Under the pieces are notes generated by a model. The model saw only the letters and a program-made list of their open reading frames with translations. It had not been told where the DNA came from and did no database searches. 64,000 nt of DNA from Oligoflexales bacterium. Lineage in GTDB: Bacteria; Bdellovibrionota_B; Oligoflexia; Oligoflexales; CAIYRB01. Shown here piece after piece: positions 18,989-29,126 of this stretch. Position 1 is the first letter of the stretch, and every line of letters begins with the position of its first letter. Position numbers and translations under genes: made by a program. The stretch lies in contig JBGSUI010000067.1 of NCBI GenBank assembly GCA_041736175.1, positions 15,731-79,730 of the forward strand. Reading direction: 5' to 3'.

Positions 18989-20599
18989 ATGGTCCATTTT
19001 CTATTGTTAAATCTCACTTTGTTTTGGGGAGGGGTGATTTTAGTCTCCCCAGCCTTTGCAAAAAAAATGCAAGATTCTGAAAAAGCTAGGTCCCACGATC
19101 AAGATCATAGCTACGAAGACGATTTTGAGGACGGCGCCAAACGGGATCACTCCGGTCATGGGGAAGAGGCCTGGGATCCCCCAACTGACGACTCCCTTCT
19201 CGATGCAAACGGAGAGGGAACAGCGACCGTCGTCTTGCCGATCGACTGCACCTGCGATGGAAAGGGGCAGACAAAAGAAAAATTTCCTATACCGATACCT
19301 AACCCTTTTCCGGTCAAAATCTGCTCGATGCTAAATTCCTATAAGGTGAGTTTGATTCGGTGGCCTGACGGCAGCCAAGCATGGGGGAGCGAGACCTTAA
19401 AGTCGGTTTTACACAATGATTGCATCTTCGTTAACGTCTTAGGGCGTTCCAAGCCAATTCCATCCGACGTTTTAAAGACACCTCGTCGCAATCTGCGGGT
19501 TCGCCTTGAAACCTCCCACGGGGTCCAGATAGTGCCTTTTTATCCCATGGGCACGGAAGGGGAAGGCGCAGAGCCGGGTCCCCCCGGTCCCATGGGTCCC
19601 GCTGGGCCTGCAGGAGCCGATGGTGCTGATGGTCTACCCGGTCCTGCTGGTCCCGCTGGTCCAGTTGGACCCGCTGGTGCTGATGGCATCCAAGGACCCG
19701 AAGGCCCCGTTGGTCCAAGGGGCTTGATTGGTCCCGAGGGGCCGATGGGTCCCATAGGTCTCACAGGACGTCAAGGACCCAAAGGTGACCTAGGTCTGGC
19801 AGGTCCCGTAGGTCCACAAGGCCCCAAGGGCGATGCGGGCCCTCCGGGTATCCCGGGCCTAACGGGCCCCAAAGGCGATTCAGGGGAGCCTGGTCCCCAA
19901 GGTCCGCAGGGTGCAACTGGGCCCATGGGGCTCAAGGGCGAACGAGGTGATGATGGCGCTCCCGGTCCCGTGGGACCAGCAGGGCCCCGTGGTGAAAGGG
20001 GAGCTGAGGGCGTTCAAGGACCTAAGGGCGAGCCAGGAATTCCAGGATCCCAGGATGTTTTGATCAGCTCGTCCGACGGCATGATTCAGTTTCAGACCCC
20101 TACCTTTAGCGGCTCGACCTATGGATTGGGATTTATGGACACCCAACTCAAGAATATTCGAGATGATCTTCTTAACAAAGCACCCCGGATCCATTCTCAT
20201 ACCTTTGCAGACTTAAGAGGGGCTCTGCCAGCGTGTAACACTGGACAAGTGTATGCTCTCTGCACCAGGGGCGACAACTTAGTGATCGGTTCCCAAGAAT
20301 ACACTCCCCTGCCCAAGGACCCTCAAGGCAACATAGTCCGCTCCTTTCAGGCGACTGACTTGAAGCTGGGGTCCGCAGCGGGACAATGGAACGATATCGG
20401 CAACTTTGATGACACTACCAACAGTATTTTAGCGATGTCAGGAAGCGTCCAGATGGGCGGGGGCCAATTTGTTCCGACCAATGTCACCGAAGATCTCAAA
20501 ATCAGAGCTACCGGAGGCAAAATCCAGGAATGGCATAACAATGCGGCCCTAAGTGGGCGGAATCTTTTTGTCGATATAAGGTATCTGGGGCCTAAATAG
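18989..20599 (+). CDS. Secreted collagen-like protein
   Basis: Signal peptide; about 50 consecutive Gly-X-Y triplets (about 19570-20050) between non-collagen domains. Confidence 0.88.
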   Translation: MVHFLLLNLTLFWGGVILVSPAFAKKMQDSEKARSHDQDHSYEDDFEDGAKRDHSGHGEEAWDPPTDDSLLDANGEGTATVVLPIDCTCDGKGQTKEKFPIPIPNPFPVKICSMLNSYKVSLIRWPDGSQAWGSETLKSVLHNDCIFVNVLGRSKPIPSDVLKTPRRNLRVRLETSHGVQIVPFYPMGTEGEGAEPGPPGPMGPAGPAGADGADGLPGPAGPAGPVGPAGADGIQGPEGPVGPRGLIGPEGPMGPIGLTGRQGPKGDLGLAGPVGPQGPKGDAGPPGIPGLTGPKGDSGEPGPQGPQGATGPMGLKGERGDDGAPGPVGPAGPRGERGAEGVQGPKGEPGIPGSQDVLISSSDGMIQFQTPTFSGSTYGLGFMDTQLKNIRDDLLNKAPRIHSHTFADLRGALPACNTGQVYALCTRGDNLVIGSQEYTPLPKDPQGNIVRSFQATDLKLGSAAGQWNDIGNFDDTTNSILAMSGSVQMGGGQFVPTNVTEDLKIRATGGKIQEWHNNAALSGRNLFVDIRYLGPK

Positions 20600-20788
20600 A
20601 AAACCCAGCTATTTCAGTCTTTTTCATAGATGGATCCAAACTGCTTACAGATTCGGTAGACGACTTCTGGTAGCTTTGCTAGGAAAGCAGGTTCCGCAAG
20701 GAATGCGTCGCCTTTTTACAGGGCCTGAACGCGTGGCAAGGTGATCACCTAAGGAGAACACTTGGATAGGTTGACTCTCGGACACTGC

Positions 20789-21409
20789 ATGTTGGGGAAA
20801 CGGCTGAAAGGAACTTTGTTAGGGGGATGTTTTAGTATCTTTGCGATCACCCAGGCCCCCACTAGGGCGGTGGCTGGTCCCGAAAATGCCCTAGCCAAGA
20901 CAGCGGGGAAAGCCCCCATCAACGAATCCAAAGGCTTTGAAGTCCAAGTAGCCTGGCTGGGAAACCAAGGAGAAGAGGTTCTTCCTGCCACAGGGCAAGG
21001 GGGCTGTTATAACGAAGCCTACCGCTTGCTACCGCGGGAAGAGTCCTTGGAGCTGTGTAGCGAGTTGAGTTCTCTAGAGACAGTCCTTTGTTTCAAAAGC
21101 GCCATCGAAACGTTGCCCAAGCAGTATGCGTTGCAGCTTTGTCGGGGCCAAGGCTCTCGGAGTTCCATCGCTTGTTTTGGGGCAGCCAGCCGGCAGCTCC
21201 CTCCAGAAGCGGCGATCGGCCTTTGTTCCCTTGGGGGAGATCGGTCTTCGGTCGATTGTTTTAGTGAGGCTGCCAAGACTCTGAGCACCCAGCAAGCCCT
21301 GAGGCTTTGTGCAGGGGGGCGAGGAGGCCAAGACCGCCTTGCCTGTTATTCCCAGGCGACCCTTCGGTTTGGAGTTGAGTTTGCTCTCGAGGCTTGTGAT
21401 CTCTACTAA
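20789..21409 (+). CDS. Secreted Cys-rich repeat protein
   Basis: About five ~25-aa repeats C(F/Y)xxAxxxLxxxxAxxLC; N-terminal hydrophobic segment; start uncertain. Confidence 0.65.
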   Translation: MLGKRLKGTLLGGCFSIFAITQAPTRAVAGPENALAKTAGKAPINESKGFEVQVAWLGNQGEEVLPATGQGGCYNEAYRLLPREESLELCSELSSLETVLCFKSAIETLPKQYALQLCRGQGSRSSIACFGAASRQLPPEAAIGLCSLGGDRSSVDCFSEAAKTLSTQQALRLCAGGRGGQDRLACYSQATLRFGVEFALEACDLY

Positions 21410-21579
21410 AACGAGACAAAAATGGGATCACAATCTCTCCAAGCGCGACCGAATCGCGATTGGATCCCGATGCCTTGAGTGACCGGCTTTTTAGGTTTTG
21501 CTGTTCCGATCTAGATCGGTTATAGATCGGATCGCATCAGCGACTTTTTCCTAACCAAGGATAACCAAGGAGTCAGGGT

Positions 21580-22407
21580 ATGGGACGGCTTTCCAAAGGT
21601 GGGTGGGTTTCGAAACTAGGTTGGACCATGGTCAGGGGCCTCGGGCCTATGCTGGCGGTTCTCCTCGCGGGGCAGACCCTAGGTGCGGGAGGTCCCAGTG
21701 CCCTCGACAGAGTTAAAAAAGCTGGAAAGCTTGTGATCGCTATCGATGCCAGTTATCCACCGATGGAATTCGAAGGACCTAACGGCCAACCGATTGGCTT
21801 TGATGTGGATCTGGGCAACGAAGTCGCCAAAAAACTCGGCACCAAGGCGGAGTTTGTTGTGATGAACTGGGACGGAATTCTTGCCGGACTCACTTCGAAA
21901 CGATACGATGTGATCATGTCCTCCATGAACATCACCCCTGACCGCCAAAAACAAGTGGATTTTGTGGAGTACGTCCGTTTGTCCCAGCTTTATATGGCAG
22001 GACCCGGTGTCGTCCTCGATCAAGAAAAGGCCCTCCAAGGCAAAGTCATCGCGGTCCAGGCCGATACCACTTCGAGTGAATATGTCGATGGGCTTAAGAA
22101 AAAAGGGATTGCGGTCAAAGAAGTCAAGGCCTTTAAAACCGCGACGGATTGTTTTGCAGCCCTACGCTCCAAACATGTGGACGGAATCGTCATCGATGAG
22201 CCTGTAGGCCGCTACTACGCTAAACAAGACCCTAAAAACTTTTTCGTGACCGGGCGAGCTATGGCACCCGAGCCCATTGGCATTGCGATCCGCAAGGACG
22301 AACAGGATCTCAAAGCAGCCCTGGAAGGTGCCGTGGCTAGTTTAAAAAAAGAGGGAGTCATTAAAAAAATATCGGAAACCTGGTTTGGTGCTGAGCTAGG
22401 TCAATAG
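21580..22407 (+). CDS. Polar amino-acid ABC transporter substrate-binding protein
   Basis: YPPMEF, GFDVDL, WDGILAGL, ITPDRQKQVDF. Confidence 0.92.
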   Translation: MGRLSKGGWVSKLGWTMVRGLGPMLAVLLAGQTLGAGGPSALDRVKKAGKLVIAIDASYPPMEFEGPNGQPIGFDVDLGNEVAKKLGTKAEFVVMNWDGILAGLTSKRYDVIMSSMNITPDRQKQVDFVEYVRLSQLYMAGPGVVLDQEKALQGKVIAVQADTTSSEYVDGLKKKGIAVKEVKAFKTATDCFAALRSKHVDGIVIDEPVGRYYAKQDPKNFFVTGRAMAPEPIGIAIRKDEQDLKAALEGAVASLKKEGVIKKISETWFGAELGQ

Positions 22408-22445
22408 TATAAGTCTCCAACACAGACCCTCTTTGCGGTAGCTCC

Positions 22446-23117
22446 ATGGAACAACAACTAGGTTTTTGGCAGTTTTCTACGGAAATAGTCCTTCCGCGAC
22501 TTTGGGAAGGACTGGGTTTGACCATCGAGATAACGGTGCTCAGCGGTCTCTTTGGCGTAGGCCTTGGGCTGATCATCGCCCTGGGGCGGATCTCCCGTTC
22601 AAAGTTTCTGGCGTGGCCCGCTCTCGTCTATGTCACCCTCTTTCGGGGCACGCCCCTTTTGCTGCAGATCCTATTTGTCTATTTCGCCTTGCCCTCCCTG
22701 CTTGATATCCGTCTCGACGCTTTGCCGGCGGGGATTCTGGCGCTCTCTTTGAATGCCGCCGCCTATCTTACCGAGATTTTTCGGGCCGCCATCCAGTCGA
22801 TCGATCGCGGCCAGATGGAGGCGGGCCGTGCCCTTGGGATGAGCTACAACCAGGGGATGCGGTATATCGTGTTGCCCCAGACTGTAAGAAGGCTGATTCC
22901 GCCTGTTGTCAACGAACTAGCGGCGCTTGCAAAGGACTCTTCTTTGGTTTCCGTCATCGCCTTAAGCGAGATGCTGTTTATCACCCAAAGGCTTGGAGCC
23001 AAATACCTGCGTCCTTGGGAAGTCTATGCCTGGGCCGCCTTGGGTTACCTTGCCGTGGTGCTTGTCTTGACGGGCTTAGCGTCGCTCCTTGAAAAACGCC
23101 TCGCTGCAAGGGAATAA
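22446..23117 (+). CDS. Polar amino-acid ABC transporter permease
   Basis: [34 protein letters not shown]. Confidence 0.93.
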   Translation: MEQQLGFWQFSTEIVLPRLWEGLGLTIEITVLSGLFGVGLGLIIALGRISRSKFLAWPALVYVTLFRGTPLLLQILFVYFALPSLLDIRLDALPAGILALSLNAAAYLTEIFRAAIQSIDRGQMEAGRALGMSYNQGMRYIVLPQTVRRLIPPVVNELAALAKDSSLVSVIALSEMLFITQRLGAKYLRPWEVYAWAALGYLAVVLVLTGLASLLEKRLAARE

Positions 23118-23121
23118 GCCT

Positions 23122-23922
23122 ATGGCCAATGATATGAATAAGCAGGAATCAAAAGACTCGACGATGGTTGAGGTATGCGGCCTCACCAAGCAGTTTGGCG
23201 ACTTGGTCGTGCTTAAGGGGATTGACACCACAATCCAAAAAGGTGAGGTTGTGGCCGTGATCGGCCCGAGCGGGTCGGGGAAATCCACCCTTTTGCGTTG
23301 CCTTAACTATCTAGAAAAACCATCCTCGGGGCATATCCTTTTTTGTGGGTCGCCCCTGGGGCAGATTCTGCGCAAGGGTCAATGGTGCCCACTCCCCGAA
23401 AAGGATCTGGATCGGCAGCGTTCCAAGATCGGAATGGTCTTTCAGCGGTTTAATCTGTTTCCCCATAAGACGGTCTTAGAAAACGTGACTCTCGCCCCGA
23501 TGCGGGTGCTTGGGGTAAACCCCAAGGTGATCAAGTCAAAGGCAGAGGAGCTGCTAAGCCGTGTAGGGCTCTATGAAAAGCGTTCTGAATACCCATCCCG
23601 TCTTTCCGGTGGCCAGCAGCAGCGGGTGGCGATTGCAAGAGCGTTAGCGATGGAGCCAGCCCTTATGCTTTTTGACGAAGCCACGTCAGCCCTTGATCCA
23701 GAGCTGGTGGGCGAGGTCTTAGCGGTCATGCGCTCCCTTGCAGAGGGTGGCATGACCATGGTTGTCGTGACCCATGAGATGGACTTTGCTAAGGAAGTCG
23801 CCTCGCGGGTGCTCTTTATGGACCAAGGCCAAATCCTCGAAGACAGCCCTCCCCAAAAGCTTTTTACAAGCCCAAGCCATCCCCGGAGCGAGGAGTTTCT
23901 TCGTAAAATCCTCCGAAGATAG
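23122..23922 (+). CDS. Polar amino-acid ABC transporter ATP-binding protein (GlnQ-type)
   Basis: [40 protein letters not shown]. Confidence 0.95.
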   Translation: MANDMNKQESKDSTMVEVCGLTKQFGDLVVLKGIDTTIQKGEVVAVIGPSGSGKSTLLRCLNYLEKPSSGHILFCGSPLGQILRKGQWCPLPEKDLDRQRSKIGMVFQRFNLFPHKTVLENVTLAPMRVLGVNPKVIKSKAEELLSRVGLYEKRSEYPSRLSGGQQQRVAIARALAMEPALMLFDEATSALDPELVGEVLAVMRSLAEGGMTMVVVTHEMDFAKEVASRVLFMDQGQILEDSPPQKLFTSPSHPRSEEFLRKILRR

Positions 23923-24013
23923 TATACTCTCTGAGTATGCTACATAGAGCAGGCTCAGAGTATAGCCTCCCCCTTAGCTGTCTAAAAACCCGAGACAAAG
24001 GCGAGACGCGGCT

Positions 24014-25318
24014 GTGAATAAAGAGCTGAAGCATTATACCGATCTCGATGCCAGACTTGTTGCTGCGGTCAAAGGGATTCGCATCCTGAGCCAGCTAGGC
24101 TGGCCACAGCAGGTGGGTCAGGAATTTATGGAGGCCTATCAAAAGGGGCAGCCTCGGTTGCCACAAGTGGAATTGCCCATTCCCGACTTTAGCCAAAACT
24201 GTGCCCAATTATTGTCCGTGATCAAAGCCTGTGATGAGTCCCATCCTGTGGGTCGCTATATCTCCCAGACAGCGGCAAGCTACGTCATCGCGGCACGAAT
24301 GCTCGAAGGAATCGGTACGGAAAAGTTCACAAGAATGTCAGAAATCCTCTATGGAAATCCAACGGACCGGCTGGGAAGTCTGTCTAATTTGAGTCTGGCC
24401 GAAAACTTTATCCAGGTGACTACGGATTTCGAGTCCGTGACAGACCCCTTTAGGGAGGGAGAAGAAGATCTGCAGCCTTCGGCGAGTGTTGCGGCCTATT
24501 TAGCGGCCAAGGCTGAGTCCTTTTTTGGTCCAGGGATCGTCAAAGTGGAGTTAGACCAGCAGATCGCGGCGAAAGCAGCGGCCGGGTCAGAAAGAGTGCG
24601 GATCCGAGATCGCTCCATGTTTAGTGGTTCGGAGTTGGATCAGTTGGTGGAGCATGAGCTTTACGTCCATTCAGCTACAATGCTTAACGGCAGACGCCAA
24701 CCTTTTTTGCGCAGCATGGGGCTTGGTGCTCCAAGGACGACGGGGACCCAAGAAGGGCTCGCTACCTTTGCCGAAATGATTACAGACTCTATGGATCTCT
24801 CCCGGTTGCGAAGGATCGCCCTGCGGATTAAAGCAATCCAAATAGCCTTAGAGGGAGCGGATTTTATCGAGGTGTTTCGCTTTTTTTGCCAGGCAGGGCA
24901 GACAAACGATGAAAGCTTTTTATCGACGGCTCGGGTCTTTCGTGGTGGAGATGTTCGTGGGCGATTTGTGTTTACTAAAGATGTGGTTTACCTCAAGGGT
25001 TTGGTGTCGGTTCATACTTTTTTTAGAAAAGCCATGGAACACCGAAAGATCAACTATCCGAAAATGTTGTTTATAGGCAGGATCACCCTTGGAGACGTGA
25101 TCTCTCTCGAACCCTTTATAGGCGAGATGGAGACAGGGCACTTTGTGGCGGCACCTGAATATATACCCCGCTGGGTGGCAAAGCGGGAGGCTCTCGCTGC
25201 TTACCTGTGTTATGCGGTGTTTACCCACCAGATCGACCTAGGCTCCATCAAACTGGTGGATTTTGTAGACAGCTCCCTGTCGGAAGACTTGGAGGGGCTG
25301 GATCTAGAGAGTCTTTGA
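24014..25318 (+). CDS. QEGLA-motif / DUF1704 metallopeptidase-like protein
   Basis: HELYVH (HExxxH), TQEGLATFAE, RVFRGG, FTKDVVYLKG. Confidence 0.88.
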   Translation: MNKELKHYTDLDARLVAAVKGIRILSQLGWPQQVGQEFMEAYQKGQPRLPQVELPIPDFSQNCAQLLSVIKACDESHPVGRYISQTAASYVIAARMLEGIGTEKFTRMSEILYGNPTDRLGSLSNLSLAENFIQVTTDFESVTDPFREGEEDLQPSASVAAYLAAKAESFFGPGIVKVELDQQIAAKAAAGSERVRIRDRSMFSGSELDQLVEHELYVHSATMLNGRRQPFLRSMGLGAPRTTGTQEGLATFAEMITDSMDLSRLRRIALRIKAIQIALEGADFIEVFRFFCQAGQTNDESFLSTARVFRGGDVRGRFVFTKDVVYLKGLVSVHTFFRKAMEHRKINYPKMLFIGRITLGDVISLEPFIGEMETGHFVAAPEYIPRWVAKREALAAYLCYAVFTHQIDLGSIKLVDFVDSSLSEDLEGLDLESL

Positions 25319-25440
25319 TTCCCTAGATGCCCAAGGTAAAAAGGGCTTTAACATCAATGGATTCTCGAAGCACTCCAACTCTGCACTACCTTTGTACAAA
25401 ATAATGAGTGTAAGCTCCTCGCGAACACTCTAGTTGATGG

Positions 25441-25569
25441 TTATGACTGATCTATTTTCGTGAAGACAAATAGATCATTCGACTCAAGAATCTGCTTGAC
25501 CTCGAGAGAAAACTTTTCCAGCTCCCCTTGATAAAGCCAGATCACTGCATTCGTGTCCAGAAAGTACAT
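25441..25569 (-). pseudogene. vapC: Truncated VapC (PIN) toxin
   Basis: Reads MYFLDTNAVIWLYQGELEKFSLEVKQILESNDLFV then stops after 42 aa; ATG abuts the antitoxin stop. Confidence 0.75.
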
Positions 25570-25797
25570 CTAATCCACCTTCCATTCTGCATTCCAATCA
25601 ATGTGCTCGAAGACGTCGGAATCCTCATCCGTCAAGTGGCGCTTTTTTAGCTTGCTCAACTTGCTAAAGCTGTGTTTGACGGGCACTATCTTCAGAATGG
25701 CTCCGTTTCGCTCAATCTCAGCCGGTACCCCGGTCCTGATAATTTCATCAAGAATTTTATATACTTCCTGCCTCAGTCGCGATGCCGTCAGACGCAT
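25570..25797 (-). CDS. Phd/YefM-family antitoxin
   Basis: TASRLRQEVYKILDEIIRTGVPAEIERNG; directly upstream of the PIN remnant. Confidence 0.85.
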   Translation of the reverse strand: MRLTASRLRQEVYKILDEIIRTGVPAEIERNGAILKIVPVKHSFSKLSKLKKRHLTDEDSDVFEHIDWNAEWKVD

Positions 25798-26034
25798 GCC
25801 ACCCTCCTATCGTACGTACAGTTAATGCTACCATACGTACAAACAAGGAACATAGGTTTCTATGGGATTCCGCCCCTTAATAAGAAATGTTCCCGTCAAT
25901 TTAATTTCATGCCACTCCAGGCATGTTCACCTGAGAAAGCTTTAAACAGGGGTTAGAACAAATAAAGAATCGCAAGTCTCATTTTAAACTCGGTTTTTTT
26001 CAAAGGTAAGCAACAAAAAATGCCAACCTTTTTT

Positions 26035-26050
26035 TGGTATGTTTTTTGCT
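26035..26050 (+). promoter_or_regulatory. Sigma54 promoter candidate
   Basis: TGGTATGTTTTTTGCT, 42 nt before ATG 26092. Confidence 0.6.
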
Positions 26051-26091
26051 GAGAGTACCAAGATCGTAAATACTTTATTTGGGAAAACTTT

Positions 26092-27324
26092 ATGAAACAT
26101 CTCCCGCTCAACTTTAAATCACTCTCTGCTCCTTTGGTAACCCTTTCCCTCGTATTAATACCACTTATGGGATGCTTTCCGGAAAAAGCTACCGAAAATT
26201 TATTGTATGTAGCCAAGGGTCCGGACCTAACCCCGCATCAAAAAAATTACTGGCATTTCATGAATGAATTTATTAAAAAGCCCATTCAACCTAAACCAGG
26301 GGTATTGATCAAAAAAGTGTCAACGGCTAGTGCTCCTGTCACCGACGAAGTGATCAATCAAGGCGTGCCAACAGCAAAAATCACATCGGTGACCTCTCCA
26401 GGTGCTACGAGCAGGGCACTTAAAGTAGAATTTGACTACGCAAATGGAACCGTCTTTTCCCAAAAAGCCGGAAATAAAGTAAAAAAAACAGTGATATTCA
26501 CCTTTCCAAGGACGTCAAGCTCAGATGGTAAGGTTGTGGAAGCTTTTATGGATGGTAAGAATTTCCCCCTTTACTTTTCTAAAGATGAGGCGATAAAAAG
26601 TAAAAATAGGTCTTTTTTTTCCCATGAAGTTATCTTAGCACTTTTGCTTTCTGCTCAGGCTCTTGAAGATCAAAATTATGCGACGGCTGTCACAGAACTT
26701 CTTCGCGATGCGAATCTCCTTCAAGCAGTTCAGAGTATCCTCAAACCATACTTGATTATATTGAAGTATCGTGGCCAAACATCTGAAAATATAAATTGTA
26801 TTGCTGAGGGGATCCTCAACGCTGATGGACATATTGTTGGGATGAGAGTTTTTAAATCGATCGGGGAAAGCACGAAATCTAGTATCTTTTCGGTATTTGG
26901 AGCGATTCCCATCATCAAACAAGATGTGGAAAAAAAACCACTGGCTTGCAGCGTGTATCACAAAAGTCTTCGTACATGGCTTGCACATCAAACATTTGTG
27001 GATACTAAGCAATCATTTTCTGAACAGGAAAACGGCACAATCGATGCCTTTGAAAAAAATGTTTGGCAAAAGAAAGTGATTTTGGGAGAAGTCTGTGGAA
27101 CCAGCACCTACACGATTCAAGCTTGTAATGGCACGATTAAAGCCAACTTTCTTGAGGAGACCGATTTCAAAACTCCTCTCGGTGATGGTAACAGGAAAGA
27201 TTTGGCTTCCTTTGAGTGTAACAATCTCACACTGGAAAAAATGGAGATTGGAGCTTTTATCACTCCTGAAGTCGTCACTAAGGTGATGCAGAGACCTATT
27301 TTCGGTCGTTCTGCGCTCCCTTAG
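26092..27324 (+). CDS. Hypothetical lipoprotein
   Basis: 410 aa; lipobox LMGC; AT-rich. Confidence 0.75.
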   Translation: MKHLPLNFKSLSAPLVTLSLVLIPLMGCFPEKATENLLYVAKGPDLTPHQKNYWHFMNEFIKKPIQPKPGVLIKKVSTASAPVTDEVINQGVPTAKITSVTSPGATSRALKVEFDYANGTVFSQKAGNKVKKTVIFTFPRTSSSDGKVVEAFMDGKNFPLYFSKDEAIKSKNRSFFSHEVILALLLSAQALEDQNYATAVTELLRDANLLQAVQSILKPYLIILKYRGQTSENINCIAEGILNADGHIVGMRVFKSIGESTKSSIFSVFGAIPIIKQDVEKKPLACSVYHKSLRTWLAHQTFVDTKQSFSEQENGTIDAFEKNVWQKKVILGEVCGTSTYTIQACNGTIKANFLEETDFKTPLGDGNRKDLASFECNNLTLEKMEIGAFITPEVVTKVMQRPIFGRSALP

Positions 27325-27330
27325 TCTTAG

Positions 27331-27486
27331 GTTAGCCCGTGATCTCACCATCGATATAAGTCCCATCATGGTAGAGTGGAATCACCAGACTGACCAATTT
27401 ATAGATCACCAAAGCCATCACAAAGGCAAAGACTGAGACTCCAAGGGCCGCTGCCATATGTTTAAAAAACAGCCCCGTTTGGCCGG
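27331..27486 (-). pseudogene. Duplicated 3' end of amt
   Basis: 151/156 nt identical to 29126-29281. Confidence 0.92.
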
Positions 27487-27531
27487 ATCTCTTCGGGTGA
27501 AAGACAAAAAGCATTGAATTTCCTACATTCG

Positions 27532-27723
27532 CGTCTTGGTAAAAGCTACCAGGAGCTGATCAATCAGGGCATGCTTCAGGTAGAGCCGCTGACCTTTATC
27601 CGCGGCCGCTCCTTGCCCAACATCTTTTTTGTCGTGGACGAATCGCAAAACCTGACGCCCCTCGAAATCAAAACGATTTTAAATCGTGCAGGTGAGGGTA
27701 CTAAGATCGTCCTTACCGGAGAT
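27532..27723 (+). pseudogene. Internal fragment of a PhoH allele, inverted relative to the intact gene
   Basis: 60/64 aa and about 79% nt identical to 37546-37737. Confidence 0.9.
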
Positions 27724-27786
27724 GCAACGTCGCCCGACCTATGCTTCATCCTAATGTTGTTTCGATTTATTTTGGTCTAGCGCTAA

Positions 27787-28836
27787 TTAGAAGACTGTGT
27801 TGCCAACAGTGAGATAGTACTCGGTTTTTTCGTCAAATATGTAACTCTCTAAATTCTGCAGATCTTTCTCTGGATCCAATTCTAATCTGCCGCAATCCTG
27901 ACCCCTCTTATACGCAACCGGTATAATAATATCTTTCAGAAACCCAACCAAATGGCCTGGTCTTTCATCGTCGAAACCGGTGGAGTCTGAATCCGCTACG
28001 ATCGCCGACTGGAAGATCGGCATCCCTTTGCCTAAATCCTGACCGAATATCTTTTGAATGCTGTCTTTGCCCCGTTCAATCTTCTCCTTTTTTCGGAAGG
28101 CATCAAAAGGCAGGAAGGTTCCCTTTAAGCGAACCCAGTCGCTTTTTTGCCTCCAGTCGTTTGGTCGAATTGCGTCTACTTCCTTGACAGATGGCCAATC
28201 AATTTTAGACGTAACCTTGAAATGAATGTAAATTGAAGTAAAATAGGGTTTTGTTGAGTACAATAAATGCATGGGGATTCTCAGTATTTGGCCAACCTTG
28301 ATAGCTGAAGGCGGAGCCTGCATATCACCTAGAAAATCGCATAGCACCTCGCCATCCTCCGAATTGGAAAAGTTTGGCACATAATTAGTTTGCATGCTGG
28401 CCCATCCAGAGTAGTCTTTATCCGGAGTGAGAACTCTGGGATTGCTCAAATCTCGGCTGTATTGGAGCAATAGGTACTTTTGATCAGTTCTTGGTCGGCT
28501 TTCTGCGGCTTTTAACTTTTCTATAATATTAGCGTTTTTTTCGGCAGCTGCTTTTTCGTCAGCTGTTTGCGGAGGAGCTGCAAAGCGTTCTGTCGGCAGA
28601 CCGATCCTTATGATTTGCTTGTGATCGAATTTTTTGCGGCATATTTGTACTCTCCGCTGAGGGAACAAGCCTTTCGAAGTCCCGTTGGGATTATTAACAG
28701 ATAGGTTGTTGCTCCAGAGGTCTTCGAAGCTCTTTGCAGTGCTTTCCTTGCCTTTTCCGATATTGCATCCACCAAGTCCTAGCAGCGCCATTGCCCCCAA
28801 GCCAATCAACTTGTAGAAATGATTCATTCGTTTCAT
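27787..28836 (-). CDS. Hypothetical lipoprotein
   Basis: 349 aa; lipobox LGGC; SD GAGG. Confidence 0.78.
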   Translation of the reverse strand: MKRMNHFYKLIGLGAMALLGLGGCNIGKGKESTAKSFEDLWSNNLSVNNPNGTSKGLFPQRRVQICRKKFDHKQIIRIGLPTERFAAPPQTADEKAAAEKNANIIEKLKAAESRPRTDQKYLLLQYSRDLSNPRVLTPDKDYSGWASMQTNYVPNFSNSEDGEVLCDFLGDMQAPPSAIKVGQILRIPMHLLYSTKPYFTSIYIHFKVTSKIDWPSVKEVDAIRPNDWRQKSDWVRLKGTFLPFDAFRKKEKIERGKDSIQKIFGQDLGKGMPIFQSAIVADSDSTGFDDERPGHLVGFLKDIIIPVAYKRGQDCGRLELDPEKDLQNLESYIFDEKTEYYLTVGNTVF

Positions 28837-28887
28837 TTTAACCTCAGATTTAAAGTATTTTAGTTTTCAACCCACTTCACTTCATAC

Positions 28888-28903
28888 AGCAATAATCGTG
28901 CCA
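28888..28903 (-). promoter_or_regulatory. Sigma54 promoter (consensus match)
   Basis: TGGCACGATTATTGCT, 52 nt before ATG 28836. Confidence 0.75.
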
Positions 28904-29061
28904 AATCTCGGCAACGCACTTGCCGACTTGGAGATGGCTAGACGAGACCCATCAACAAAACATTTTTTTTGTACTGATGGCCATTCCTTGATGACCTCAT
29001 ATAGGTGTTAGAAGCCGCATAATGCTCGTGTCTGTTATTGGCAGGGAACATCAGTCGGAGC

Positions 29062-29106
29062 AGCTCCCTGTCAGAAGACCTAGAGGGCCTGGATCTAGAA
29101 AGCCTT
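29062..29106 (+). pseudogene. Duplicated 3' end of the QEGLA gene
   Basis: Encodes SSLSEDLEGLDLESL, same as 25271-25315; 39/45 nt identical, all differences synonymous. Confidence 0.85.
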
Positions 29107-29126
29107 CAAATTATCGAAGCGCTCTG

